Positions 12,801-26,873 are shown, counted from the stretch's first letter. The stretch: 64,000 bases of DNA from Octopus vulgaris (GCA_951406725.2 OX597815.1:209870001-209934000), one strand, 5' to 3'. The notes: generated by a model not told the origin, from the sequence alone. Numbers and translations are program-made.

Positions 12801-14549
12801 GTGCAACGTTACGAGAACGGAAGTGTCGTAAGAAATTATATTTTCTGTCTGGCTCCCAGATATCATTAACTAATGAAATTCTAGTAAAGCTAATAAGATC
12901 AAGAAACAAAAACGTAGGCGTAGAGTTTAATTGTATAAAATAGCAGGTTAAATAACTCGTTATTCTCTGAAAAAATATAATCATTTATATCAGACAAAAA
13001 CGTTGTTAATACATTTTTTGACTTGCAAGCAAAGTGGAAAATTAAACAGAATAAAAAGAATCATATAGATTTCCTGTGAAATGGAAAGCAGAGTAGGAGT
13101 CGTCGGATAGAAGGTGTTCCACAAGAATCTGGTTAAAGCGCCATAAACTAGTGATTTGTTCCAAAGACTGGGTATGTTTTAAGCATAGAGTGCATTCGGG
13201 AAAACAACCATATAAATAGTAGAGTTAATAATAAAGAGAGGTCCGAAAGAGATTCTCCAGCGTGGCAAATAAATAAATTATGAGAATAGTATGAAAGACA
13301 TCATTACATGTAAAGAGAGAATGACATGTTATATGGCAAGAGAAAGATTGTGAATGTATAAAATTATAGACGGAGTGACTTGTATAGAAAAAAAAGCAGA
13401 AAACGAAAGGTGGAAAGTTCAGCATAAAATAAAAAGCTAAATTAGAGATGGAAGAAAATAAAATGAATAACAAAAAGATGCCAAACAAATACGGGAAAAT
13501 GTATAGAAAAGAAAAAAAAAAATCTGCATAATATCTCAGATGAAATAACAACCAAGTAATATAAAAATAAGAACATGGAGTATACTTTTACAAGAGAATA
13601 CACGAGGATTTATGATGTAGCTCCTATCACTGACGTGTAATAACTAATGATATAAATAACAGTAAGAAATAGGTACATACATACACACACACACACACAC
13701 ATAAATACACTCACACACACACATATTCACCTCTGCAAAGAAAAAACGTAACTGAGCACCATAGGTACCCAAAAAATCCCCAAAACTTCAACAGCCGAGA
13801 CGTTGTGGTTATAGCAACCAACATGAGGATACTAGTCCAAATATATAAGTATGATAATACTTTGTTTTAATCAATACCAAAATTCCCCCAATCCCGCTGC
13901 ATAAAAAAAGAGGTAGAAATAATGCCTTAATTGTCTGGATGCAAAATACTTACTGCTAAGAATTTCACTAAAAGACATTCCTAAGTATGGATGGTTCACT
14001 CGGTTAAAGCAAAGTCATTGTGGTTGCGCGAAAATGCTGATATTATTACTTCTACTCTTCTCTGAATTACGCAGGCAGGATAAAAACCTTAAATTGATGA
14101 GTTATCAATATTTAACCGGAAATACGTGAAAAGAAAATGATGCAGATTAAACAACACTTGCAATTTGTGATTGGCCGACGACAGACATTTTCTTGCTAAA
14201 CATCTCATTTGTGGGAGACGAAATTGAAACATAGATACGAACCAGAATTTAAATGCTTTATGAAGCATGGAATTTAATCATCTGCAATTGCTTGTCTGGA
14301 AATAGTTGAAAACTTAAAGAGCAATACGAGAAAGGAAGCTAACTGTTTTTGTGGGAGTCACAAGGACCGATACTAGAGTCATACCAAGAGAGCGACCCGA
14401 GAATTAATACTGCTTTCTCCAGCAAGCTGCCTGAAGAGGCAAAACTTACGGTTCCAGTAAACACCGAGGTGTACCATCAAATGGAATTGCACTGCAGTAA
14501 AACTGCGCACACATTCATGTTTCTGTTCGCATCATTATTTGCTTTACCA

Positions 14550-14745
14550 CGGCGGCTAGCTGGCAGAATCGTTAGCACACCGGATATAATGCTTAGCAGC
14601 GTTTCGCCCGTCCTTCACGTTCTGAGTTAAAATTCCGCCGAGGTTGACTTTACCGTTAATCGTTTCAGGGAGGATAAAATAAATAGCAGTCGGGTACTTA
14701 GGTTGATGTAATCGACTTACTCCTTTCATCGAAATTGTTTGAAAC
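14550..14745 (+). mobile_element. SINE family B (tRNA-like head plus Nin-like domain), diverged
   Basis: GGCGGCTAGCTGGCAGAATCGTTAGCAC...TTCTGAGTTAAAATTCCGCCGAGGTTGACTTT aligns to 60648. Confidence 0.75.
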
Positions 14746-15173
14746 CATTATTTTTTGCTTCACTAAATAACGAATTAAAAAAGCTGCCAAACCTCCACTG
14801 ATCAAGAAGTGAAGAAAGCACAACATATGTGGCTAATTTCAGTCGACAATGTTTTCCTGAGGGCTCAAAGAAGCTTGTATGAAGATAACAAAGTTAAAAC
14901 TAAAAAAAAGGCTGTACTGAAACGATGCAATTGCACATTTAAGATGCTATAGATATATAAAAAAAGAATAATAGAAAATATAGAGATCATTGAGCACACA
15001 TTTTCTTCGCAGTAAACAGGAAGTGGAATACTTAACGTTACGAAAATAAATTAAGTTCCGTTTGAAATCCTGCGCCCTGGTTACTTGATCTACAAGAACG
15101 TTTCAGCGACGTATCCGAAACTAATTTCTGACCAATAAGTGACAAGTCCGTTCGAAACAATTAATGATTTATC

Positions 15174-15261
<88 letters not shown>

Positions 15262-15262
<1 letters not shown>

Positions 15263-15539
15263 CGGAGATGTACTTGCATAGCAAGTGACCTGATCTGAGA
15301 TCGTGAGCTGGAACGAAAACAATTGCAGCGTGGAAGGCGTTTATAACCCATTTAAGATACACACAAAAACCATTAGATTCACTTCAACAATTAAATTTAA
15401 TTTGCTAAAATATTTTGGTCGCTTTGAGACCGCGACCTCTCCACTGACAAAACCCCGTGATGCAGCACGGAATTAGTGCATCTAACGGTTTTTGTGTGTT
15501 TCTTAAATGGCTTAAAAACACCTTTCACGCTGCAATTGT
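15262..15539. mobile_element. Fold-back element in (TA)n, arms 15319-15383 and 15475-15539
   Basis: ACAATTGCAGCGTGGAAGG...CCATTTAAGATACACACAAAAACC is the reverse complement (few mismatches) of GGTTTTTGTGTGTTTCTTAAATGG...CCTTTCACGCTGCAATTGT. Confidence 0.8.
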
Positions 15540-15576
15540 ATATATTTATATATATATATATGATAAGCATTCATGG

Positions 15577-15595
15577 GCAGCACCAGCAGCAGAAC

Positions 15596-15671
<76 letters not shown>

Positions 15672-15720
15672 TGTTGCTGTTGTTGTTTTCGTTGTTCTTG
15701 TAGTAACATCAGCGTCAGTA
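15577..15720. repeat. (CAG)n/(TAG)n/(TTG)n compound trinucleotide repeat
   Basis: Directly visible. Confidence 0.9.
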
Positions 15721-16249
15721 TAGCGCTGTCCTATGGCAGATATTAATTAAATGAAACTAATATACTACATAAGTTATTTCAGATACTGATAATAATCGCC
15801 TGTCAAGAAATAAAATCACGAAGCATCGCTGACGGGGAGGGGGAGGAATGTCACGAATAAATCTCAGAAGCTCTTTATAAATTTTGATTACATCGTTGAT
15901 GGAAAACAGAACTCAACATATTGCATTAAGTACGGATTTAAAATAAGAAAAATAGGTGGAGCCGAGAAATAAATAGATATATAAGAATTAATGTAGTGTT
16001 TTGTTATACATCTATTAGAAAGAAAGTAATATTACGCTTCAGATAGAAGGACATTGTGTTCATACATTTATCATATACAGGATACATTTTGCTCCAATGT
16101 CATACATACAGAAAATAACGTTCGCACATGCACACTCACAAACACACATACACACACAAACTCACACACATAAACACACATCTAAAATAACACACATATG
16201 CTTCCATACATAAACATACAAAATAAATAAAATTGTATGCATACATGCA

Positions 16250-16560
<311 letters not shown>

Positions 16561-17434
16561 ATGCATAATTATACATATATATTCGCATGTATTTTGAATA
16601 GGTCTGCATTGAACACATTGATTGCCTGCATGTTAGGGAGAGAAAATATATGATTGGTAAGTACATATTAAATATTTTTTTGAGATTCCTGAATAAATAT
16701 TTCGTAGTGTTTGTTGATACTGCTGTTAAGTACATATACTATATATATATATATAAACACAGAAATATTCTCTCTCTGTAAAAAGTTGATTGTATGGATA
16801 GCAGTAAACATAAGATAACCAATTTTGTTTTGTCATTCACGGTGCCTGAAACTATATATCTGATCAAAGCAAACAATATAAATCTAATCAAAATGAGAAA
16901 CGTTTGCATACATTCACAGACTCAAACATAACTTCTTCATAAATAGTGTCAATATACCACAATTCATTTGCAATATAAGGATTGATATCAATGTTTGCGT
17001 TAATTGATTACACCAGAGATATGTTTCAGCGATAAAAAAATTCAAACAATATACTTTTAACCAGGAGCAATTGGGATACCAAGCAATACTTTTCTAAAAT
17101 GCTAAACAAAATATGGGTAAAACCAAATTTAATCTGGTAAGTTTTATTTGAGTTATAAATTGTGTCATTGAAGAAGAATCCAATGTGCAGTAAGATTTTT
17201 TATTAAAAAAATAGCCTATAAATAATTTTAACCACAGGATGGTTATGCACGTCTTATTACGTTAGAAGTATGTTAGTTGGGTGGCTGCTATATGAATATT
17301 GAATATTGAAATTAATACCGAAAATATATATTCTCTATTTGTAGAATTTGTTCAGCACATTCCGTTCGGTCTCTGAAAAATGTCATGTGGTTATCGTACT
17401 TGTCACATGTGACCATGGAATATATATAAACATA

Positions 17435-17847
17435 GTCGCAGGAGTGTGGTAAGTAGCTTGCTAACCAACCACATGGTTCCGGGTTCAGTCCCACTGCGTG
17501 GCATCTTGGGCAAGTGTCTTCTACTATAGCTCCGGGCCGACCAATGCCTTGTGAGTGGATTTGGTAGACGGAAAGTGAAAGAAGCCTGTCGTGTATATGT
17601 ATATATATATATGTATGTGTGTTTGTGTGTCTGTGTTTGTGTGTCTGTGTTTGACCCCCCCAACATCGCTTGACAACCGATGCTGGTGTGTTTACATCCC
17701 CGTCACTTAGCGGTTCAGCAAAAGAGACCGATAGAATAAGTACTGGGCTTACAAAGAATAAGTCCTGGGGTCGATTTGCTCGACTAAAGGCGGTGCTCCA
17801 GCATGGCCGCAGTCAAATGACTGAAACAAGTAAAAGAGTAAAAGAGT
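17435..17847 (+). mobile_element. SINE family A
   Basis: Near full length; highly similar to the copies at 9454 and 26874. Confidence 0.92.
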
Positions 17848-18097
17848 ATATATATATACTGAAGTATATATATATACTTCCTTCTCTTCCTCTTCTGCTC
17901 ATGATCAGAGATGCACATATCGTCAGCCACTAAGGGACATGCTCAACTGGTTAAGCTCAAACAACTGACAAGCAAATCTGTGGTATTCAGCAGAATATTT
18001 GGTGCAGCCCATCTTTTATACCAAGACAAAACAATGTACATGATAGCACTTCCAATCAGTTAAGATCAGAATCCACGGGAACCACTGCCTGGTACTA

Positions 18098-18133
<36 letters not shown>

Positions 18134-18148
18134 TAACATTATTATCAA

Positions 18149-18176
<28 letters not shown>

Positions 18177-18179
<3 letters not shown>

Positions 18180-18917
18180 TAGTTTTATTTTTATAGCGTG
18201 CTTTCACTTCACTACCGAGCACAGCTCTGTGTGCCTTGGGTATGTGCTGTGATTTGTTGTGATGCTCTGATGGTTACTGTATTGAAAGTGTTCTGCGTAG
18301 GATGTGTGCAGTGCCTAGTAGTGCAATTTTCTGTATGTTATATGTGTTTGTAAGTCCTGGTGTTTTTGTTATGTATTTGTCTGAATATTTTTTTATCATG
18401 CCTAATGCACCTACTATGATAGGAATTGTTTCTGTTTTCAGGTTCCACATTCTAGTTACCTCTATTTCCAGGTCTTTGTATTTTGAGAGTTTCTCCATTT
18501 CTTTTAGAGACGCGTTGTCATCTGCCGGTATTGATACATCAATTAGAAAGCATTTTTTTCTTCATGATCTCTGACAACTATATCTGGTCTGTTGGCCTTA
18601 ATTTCTCTATCTGTGTGTATCGGCATATCCCAGAGTATGGTTGCTTTCTCGTTTTCTGTGACCTTTTCTGGTGTGTGCCTATACCATCTTTTTTCTGTTG
18701 TTATTCCATAATGTTGGCATAGCTTCCAATGTATGTAGGTTCCAACTCTGTCATGTCTGTGAATATATTCCTTCTTAGCCAGGACTGGGCAGCTAGAGAT
18801 AATATGATTTATTGTTTCTTGTCCATCTCCACATATTCTCCACATATTGTAATATTTCTTTTCCTTACATGTTTTTGGTAATTTCTGGTGGGGAGGCTTT
18901 GGTCTTGTGCTGCAATT
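18177..18917 (-). mobile_element. 5'-truncated R4/Dong-clade non-LTR retrotransposon (CCHC knuckle, restriction-like endonuclease, 3'UTR), frameshifted
   Basis: Motifs WRICGDGQETINHIISSCPVL..EYIHRHD (CCHC), ILWD..HTD...NRPDIVV (REL PD motif) and EKLSKYKDL...W. (ATT)n on both sides fits the known TAA-repeat targeting of Dong. Confidence 0.9.
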
Positions 18918-18921
18918 AAAA

Positions 18922-18980
<59 letters not shown>

Positions 18981-18990
18981 CATTATTATT

Positions 18991-19056
18991 GAGTGAGAGA
19001 GCAGTGCATGCCATCAAAGTGACACTGGGGTAAAATATACGAAGCCCAGTATACCG
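18991..19056 (-). mobile_element. Short truncated copy of the 8135-8437 element
   Basis: GTGCATGCCATCAAAGTGACACTGGGGTAAAATATACGAAGCCCAGTATACC is nearly identical to 8147-8199 and lies inside (ATT)n. Confidence 0.75.
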
Positions 19057-19101
<45 letters not shown>

Positions 19102-19141
19102 GTTGTTGTTGTTGTTATTATCATTATCATTATTATTATCA

Positions 19142-19357
19142 AGGCGGTAACCTGGGAGAAACGTTAGCATAACGGGCGAAATGATTAGCGGTAATTTGTC
19201 TGTCTTTACGTTCTGTGTTCAAATTCTGCCGAAGTCGACTTTGCCTTTCATCCTTACGGGGCCCGATAAATTAAGTACCATTTGCATACTGGTGTCGATC
19301 TAATGGACTGTCACCCTCCCCTAAAATTTTGTGCCTTGTGCCTAGAGTAAGAAAATT
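19142..19357 (+). mobile_element. SINE family B, tail type 2 (...AAAATTT...GCCTTGTGCCTAGAGTA + ATT repeats)
   Basis: Head plus the Nin-like segment GACTTTGCCTTTCATCCTT..GATAAATTAAGTACCA. Confidence 0.8.
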
Positions 19358-19378
19358 ATCTTCATCATCATCATCATC

Positions 19379-19409
<31 letters not shown>

Positions 19410-20510
19410 CATTATTATTATTATAATTATTATTATCACAATTATTAGCATAACTACGCAGTGTATATTATGTATGCATCTGCAATTAAATGTAATGTAA
19501 TGCAGTGTATATACATTCATACATATTCATAAATGCATATACATACATGCAGTGTAATATCATGTATGTATTTGGACTTAGACGCGTGTATTTATATGTA
19601 TGTGTATGTATGTGTATACATACAACCATGTCGACTTACAAGTGGAACTGGAATCGATTTTCTAACAGACGAACGCACTCACTCTCAGATGACGTCTTTG
19701 ATAGCGTCACCGTCAGTAAAGCCAAATCATCTAAGAATCGTATATTCGTAAACATGTTATATTCACATTCATGTTACCTTGTATTGACAAATGCATTTAT
19801 ATGTCTAATAACATTCATATAAACGCAAATAACGTGCACAACACTGGATCGACTCACACTATCAATACCAAAAATAAATAGATATTAAAGAAATAATACA
19901 GAAATAACTCTCGTCATTCCATACTTCAAGATACACATTATTATGAAAACATTTATGAAAATATCAGAATTCATTTCGAAGACGTAAGCTGAATGTGTTT
20001 CCTGATTGATAGAGTAGCAATTGTTTGTATTTTTGAGAATAAACTGACTTGCTGCAATCTGTTATGCTTTCATGGTTAACAGGTTCCTTGGTTTTTCGGA
20101 TATGTTATTATACTATAAATGATGTTATTATAACATCATGCATATCGCTCACCAGGAATTTATTTGTCAGTAAAAAATATTCCTTTCTTCGCTCACCTTG
20201 TCTTTACATATGAAGCTGCATGTGCATGTATAAATATATTAATAAATAGTACCTGTGTGTGTACGTGCATTTACATCTACACTTGCATTCAATTTTCATG
20301 CTTAAGAACACCCAGCGCTTAGCAACCTACTATTCTTTATTGGTTAATATAATGAATAGCAAAATACATCCTTTTGTCCATCCATCTATCCGTCCATAAA
20401 GACATACACACGTGATGATCGTTTCATCTTGTCAGATGATAGTCGTCTAACATTCATCCTTGTATGTGCTCTGTTTGACTTTCTTCTCGTATTCTTCTCT
20501 TTTTCTCTAC

Positions 20511-20543
20511 TTCCTGGTGAAGGATTGAATCCGAAACGTTGGA
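20511..20543 (+). ncRNA. Minimal type-I hammerhead-like motif (core mutated, CUGGUGA) within a PLE pLTR-like fragment
   Basis: ttc-CTGGTGA-a-GGAT-tga-ATCC-GAAA-CG-TT-gga, with palindromic stem III (AACGTT). Confidence 0.55.
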
Positions 20544-21259
20544 TATTCCACTCCTTTTGGCAAAGTTCACCGTACCGCTTTCGCTTTCTTTCTATATTTT
20601 TCAAGACTAGCCGACGCAGAGCTGCTAGATTATTGCCTATTAAGCATACACACACACACACATATATATACACACACACATACACACACACACAGACACA
20701 CACACATACATACACACATACAAACATACAGGAAATAGTGGCACAATAAGGCACCAAAGTATGCTGAAAATAGCACTCAATAACTGTACAACACTCTGTA
20801 AAATTTCACTGAATGTATACAGGCAAAGATGTGTGCAGGTGACGAACATAATTTTTTCTGTCTTACTTATTTTCTATATATTGTGAGGTGGGTTTACTCC
20901 TGCTATGTTTAGCAGATGACCATCCATAACTGAAGATGATCTAAAGAGATCAAGATCACGTTATATGGTGGTCACCAAGCTAGGCTAGTAGGGAATTCTC
21001 TCCCCTTTTGCAACATATATTGAATGCGAAGCGCCCTGAATAGCCATCTGGAGGAAGCATTCAGCTGGGGCTGAAATAGCACCGTCGTCTATTCTTAATG
21101 TGCACCCACGTTTAAGTGTCGTTCAACAGTATTTCTCAGTATAAATACCGCTTCCATTTGTAATAGAGATTTTCTTAACGAACTAGTTTGTTTGTTGTGT
21201 GTGTATACATGCGTCTGTTTCTCTCTCTATATATACTAAAATTGGAACGATACAATACA

Positions 21260-21304
<45 letters not shown>

Positions 21305-21337
21305 ATGTATGTATATGTATGTATGTATGTATGTATG

Positions 21338-21398
<61 letters not shown>

Positions 21399-21412
21399 GT
21401 ATGTATATATAT

Positions 21413-21730
21413 ACTTTTAAGAATTAAGTTGCACGATTCCTGAAGTGAAGTCGTGGTGTTGAAACAGATATCTTTGTATTTCGGGATTGTCATTTTTTGG
21501 CGGGGTGGGGTGCAAATAAACACGTGCACTATTCCTAAGAGGAATAAGAGCCCACAGGAAGACAGAAAGTGACACTGATTAGGTCGTAGATGTGTGAGGG
21601 AAGATTTCCGGACAAGGGACATGAGTTAGAATAAGAACAGTAATAAACGAATACGTAGTGCGTATGTTCATTTGGCAAAAAAATGACCATCCCGAAATAC
21701 AACAATAAATATGAGTGTGAGCTTGAATGT
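21413..21730. mobile_element. Diverged fold-back element between microsatellites, arms ~21474-21531 and ~21655-21702
   Basis: TTGTATTTCGGGATTGTCATTTTTT vs AAAAAATGACCATCCCGAAATACAA. Confidence 0.6.
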
Positions 21731-22148
21731 GTGTGTGTGTGTATGTGCGTGTATGTGTGTGTATGTACATGTCTGTGTGTATGTATTGCAAAGACAAGTA
21801 ATGAAATAGCTATTATATCAAAAAGCATATATATGTTTTTCTAAGAGGAAAATTACGATTATATGTAGGTTAGAGATATAATATTTTCGAATTATTTTGA
21901 ATACAACTGTTTGGTTGAACACTACCTGCTGTTTTAATTTCGCGTTTAGCAGAATATAGGAAAACATAACTTTAAAGGGAAACAATTGCAATTTACACTC
22001 CTTACCAAATAGGAGAATAAGGAAAGCGTTGTTTCTAATCTGTTAAATTTTATATTTGGATTACGTGACAATGATAAAGAGTTGATTTTTACAACTAATA
22101 TAAAGTGTTGCAGGGTAATTTCAATAGCAAAGAGAAAGGTGAAACTCG

Positions 22149-22199
<51 letters not shown>

Positions 22200-22211
22200 G
22201 TGTATATATAT

Positions 22212-22286
<75 letters not shown>

Positions 22287-22464
22287 TATATATATAATGA
22301 TTAATTAAAGATATATTAACCGAATGTAAAAAGCAACGAAGATAATTAATTAAGTGTAGAGTTTATGTGGCTGAGTATGTTATAATTGCCATTGATATTT
22401 AATACTTTCTAGTTGATTATTAGTTCATTAACGAGCTGATTTTACAGATTTGTGAAATACTTAC

Positions 22465-22502
<38 letters not shown>

Positions 22503-22936
22503 TACTTATTTTTGGTGGTTTAAACACACAGACACACTTTTACAAATATTCAATGTAAAGTGATAATTTGTGTATTACATCAAAAGATAATTAAGTGTTA
22601 ACTGTCTATGTTTATATATATATATATCTAATGTAGGATAAAATGTTTCGAAAAATTCTATCGATGGTCAGCATATTAAAAAAGTACCTTTAAAGGTTAA
22701 ATTTATAAACAATTTATAAGTAAGAGTACACACAACACACACACACACACCACACACACACACACAACATAGACACAACGTCAATAACTATTATAATTCG
22801 TCACTACAAGCACGTGTTTCAAAGAAAGTCGACAGAAATTTCTAAAAAATCCCGTTATTACCATATTGGACCCGATTTCAGAGTTAGTTCATAAGAACTT
22901 CTCTTCTGCGTACAGAAATAAATGAAATACTTACAC

Positions 22937-22977
<41 letters not shown>

Positions 22978-23029
22978 TATTTCCCTTTCTTTTTTGTCTC
23001 TCCCTTCTCCAAACACACAGACACACACA

Positions 23030-23073
<44 letters not shown>

Positions 23074-23251
23074 GACACACAGAGACACACACACACACAC
23101 ACCTCCACAGAATGATCATAGAAAGTGTGACCCCAAATGATATGCACAACACACACTAGTGACATTGAAATGGACAGCCAAAGTTCTTATAAAACCACAG
23201 GGCGTCCAGCAGACCAACGGAAATAACACTTCTTCACTCTTAGATATAAAT

Positions 23252-23317
<66 letters not shown>

Positions 23318-23507
23318 ACATATTTTCTCTGTCTCACTTCCTCCTCACCCACTACTACGAAACTATAAAAAGGTTCAAACTACCCACAACTGATTTGATT
23401 TGAAACCCACTAGAATGGGAGCAAGCGCTAATCGAATGATATATATGTAAAATGTAATATATAAATAAATATCTACAAATATGAACCATCTGATCTGATA
23501 TCAATTT

Positions 23508-23597
<90 letters not shown>

Positions 23598-23608
23598 TAT
23601 AAAGTATA

Positions 23609-24010
23609 GGCGCAGGAGTGGCTGTGTGGTAATAAGCTTGCTTCCCAACGAGATAGTTCCGGGTTCAGCCCCACTGCGTGGCACATTAGGCGAATGTCTT
23701 CTATAACCTCGGGCCGCCCGAAGCCTTGTGAGTGGATTTGGTAGACGGAAACTGGAAGAAGCTCGTCGTATATATATGTATATGTGTGTTTGTTATTTGT
23801 GTCTGTGTTTGTCCCCCATCATCGTTTGACAACCGATCTTGGTGGTGTTTAGGTCCCCGTAACATAACTGTTCGGCAAAAGAGACCGAGAGAATAAGTAC
23901 TAGGCTTACAAAGAACAAGTCTTGGGGTCAATTTGTTCTTGCTCCATGGTGCTCCAGCATGGCCGCAGTCAAATGACTGAAACAAGTAAAATAATAAAAG
24001 CGTAAGAGAA
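23609..24010 (+). mobile_element. SINE family A
   Basis: Full head, CORE-like motif and tail. Confidence 0.9.
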
Positions 24011-25316
24011 TAAATATATAGACACACACACACATATATTTATATATATATATACGTATATATTTATTTATTCATTTTGAGGATACACATACCTCTTAAA
24101 AATGGATGTCAGTATCCAAGCTTCACCGGCTTAATGTTATATATCGATGAAATGTTCAGCAATCCAGTATCACTTAATAGTATTGGTTTTTATTGGTTAA
24201 AGTGGCCACCAATAAATATATTACGGAGTTTAATGGTTATTACACTTCGATATATATGGTTATATTTCGATATAAAATATTGTAAATTTAATACACGCGC
24301 GCACAAATAAATAAAACCAAAAGCCATAATTATACTCGTTTTTTTTAAAAGTACTAACATGCACACGCGCTCACATTATTGACATGTTGTGTCTGTTGAT
24401 GATCACCTGATCGTTTATGATGTGATTCCTTTTGTGTCTAATTCCCACCCTGAGGAAATATTTAGCTCGCTATTTCAAGATGCAATTTTTAATTCATTAA
24501 TTCAGGCCATGTACCTATAGTAGAAACGATATCAAAACAGTGGGCATTGTTTCATCTTTTATAAAACATTTTCTAAAATTTATAAAACAAGATATACGGA
24601 TACACACACACACACGCAAGCACACGCACACACACGCGCGTGCGCGCGCACACACATATATACATATATCTCAAAAGGATTCAACATATACAAAAATAGC
24701 CATACCAACAATCCAACATACATCCATCATCAGCTGCCCCACGGATATCATTATGGTTTCGACACCTGGGCAGTACCATTCAATCCGGCGGTGTCAACAA
24801 GCTCTGAAATAAGTGTTGTTTGAGAACAAACATACAAAAAACCACAACTTTCAAGCACATTTTCCCTATGCACAATAGTATCGGTATTAACAGTAAACAT
24901 ACAATAACTAAATTATATACTAAATAGCGACCAATCTTTAAGTCCATACAAATAATAATCCCATCAGTCTTCCATAGTTACTACTATAATATAAAAAGTG
25001 AAAGCTTTATTTCAATTCTCGCCAAAACAAAACACGATTGAATTTAATTTAACAAATAATATAATAATTATGAGTGAAATATATTATTTCCTAATTGAAA
25101 AGTTAATAACAAAAACACTACATACTCATCAATATATATTATCCTTACAAGTTTTAGTGCAAACTTACCAGTAACTAATAGAAACATTAAATTTATTAAA
25201 TAGGAACTAATAAAAGTATACTTGTAATTAACTATTATTATAAAACCTTGCTACGATTAAAGCTAATTTAAAACTGTTTCAAAGATAATAAAACTATAAA
25301 GTATTAACACTTACAA

Positions 25317-25369
<53 letters not shown>

Positions 25370-25512
25370 AGCAATTAAGATTCAAGTGAGTTCTGTTGAA
25401 TTCACATGAATATGGTACTTAACTTGGATGCACCGGAAATCTATATGGTGTTAACCATACGACAAAGTGGGGTGATTATAAATAGGAAAAAAGCAACAAG
25501 AATGGATCAATA

Positions 25513-25601
25513 TTTCGGTACAATTGTTTCGTACGATGACATCTTTAATAAGACTACAAAAATTGCAGTAAATATAGGTGACTCGTACTCATCAGCCGAA
25601 A
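25513..25601 (-). ncRNA. Type-I hammerhead ribozyme motif (PLE minimal type), left arm
   Basis: Minus strand: TTTCGG-CTGATGA-GTACGA..TCGTAC-GAAA-CAATTG-TA-CCGAAA. Confidence 0.85.
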
Positions 25602-25865
25602 AAACATCTGAGATTCCAAAACATCAAAGGGGGTGATGTTACACTCGTGAAACATCATGGAAAGTTCTATAAAAATGAGATTTAGATAACAAATTGGTTT
25701 CTAAAAGTTCTATTAGTATTGCACAGTCATATATCAGTTTTTTTAAAAAAAATTTCAAACTTTTAGAAACCAATTTGTTATCTAAATCTCATTTTTATAG
25801 AACTTTCCATGACGTTTCACGGGTGTAACATCACCCCCTTTGATGTTTGGGAATCTCAGATGTTT

Positions 25866-25954
25866 TTTCGGCTGATGAGTACGCGTCACCTATATTTACT
25901 GCAATTTTTGTAGCCTTATTAAAGATGTCTTCGTACGAAACAATTGTACCGAAA
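25866..25954 (+). ncRNA. Type-I hammerhead ribozyme motif (PLE minimal type), right arm
   Basis: Stem I TTTCGG/CCGAAA, core CTGATGA 25872-25878, stem II GTACG/CGTAC, GAAA 25937-25940 and palindromic stem III ACAATTGT. The GUA site predicts cleavage after 25948. Confidence 0.85.
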
Positions 25955-25994
25955 TATTGATCCATTCTTGTTGCTTTTTTCCTATATATATATG

Positions 25995-26069
<75 letters not shown>

Positions 26070-26073
<4 letters not shown>

Positions 26074-26510
26074 TAGTTTTATACTGTCAACTTAATGTGA
26101 CAGCAGTCCCATGAAGGGAATCACACCACTGCTATTTAGCCCTAGGAAGCAGCAACGCTTCATGTCGGCCTTGACACATTTCCTGTGAACTTATGTTTAC
26201 AACAGGGAGACAATCACCCCCACCTAGCAAAGCCTGCAATCAGAGACTAGTTTCTGAGCCTTGCTCGTCATCAGTTAGGAGTACTTGTAAAAATAGGAAC
26301 ACAGGAAATGTGCCAAGGCCGACAGGGAGTGTTGATGTTTCCTAGGGCTAAATAGCGGTGGTGTGATTCCCTTCATGGGACTGACACATTAAGTTGACAG
26401 TATACAACTACTCTATCGTACCACTACTGTTTATATCTCTCTGAGATATTTAGAAATGTAATATTTATATTTTTGTAATCAGTGCATTTATTTCACTAGA
26501 ATTCTTATAT
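26070..26510. mobile_element. Second fold-back element, arms 26070-26202 and 26285-26414, with a hammerhead core in the spacer
   Basis: AGTCCCATGAAGGGAATCACACCAC.GCTATTTAGCCCTAGGAA vs TTCCTAGGGCTAAATAGC.GTGGTGTGATTCCCTTCATGGGACT. Confidence 0.85.
26242..26277 (-). ncRNA. Minimal hammerhead core
   Basis: Minus strand: CTGATGA-c-GAGC-aag-GCTC-a-GAAA-CTAG-TC, with palindromic stem III ACTAGT and a GUC site. Stem I is poorly paired. Confidence 0.65.
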
Positions 26511-26873
26511 CTTTACAAGGTCTAGACAAGCATCTCCAGCGAGCAGGCCATTTAGTCGAATTGCGTAGTATTTAAACTCTTTTTCTCAATATAGGTAAGG
26601 GACGCCACTTTTCTGATATACTCCTGTAAATCTCCGATCATTATACAATTTTTTAAAACATGATACAGCTTTCTTGCTATTTCTTGTTTACTTCTTCAAT
26701 ACCTTCTAGAAACTACTTTCAGTTACTGAGAGAGTATACAAAATGTTTCATGTCTTCATTAATCACGTTCAATATCAAAACCTTTGGTTTCTTATTAGGG
26801 TGGGTTAATCCAGGTTCTTCTAATATCAGTAGATTTAAAAATAGATAATCTTTTCTGAAACATTAATCTTGAA

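Larger units (their letters stand above)
25364..25985. mobile_element. Young fold-back PLE-type element: 228-bp inverted arms 25482-25709 and 25758-25985, 48-bp spacer, flanked by (TA)n
   Basis: The arms are reverse complements with about 6 mismatches by eye, and each contains a hammerhead core. Confidence 0.9.

Noticed and set aside
17403-17933. Recurrent ORFs such as RQASFSFRLPNPLTRHWSAR and DTCPRCHAVGLNPEPCGW
   Set aside because: These are translations of SINE family A copies, not a gene family.
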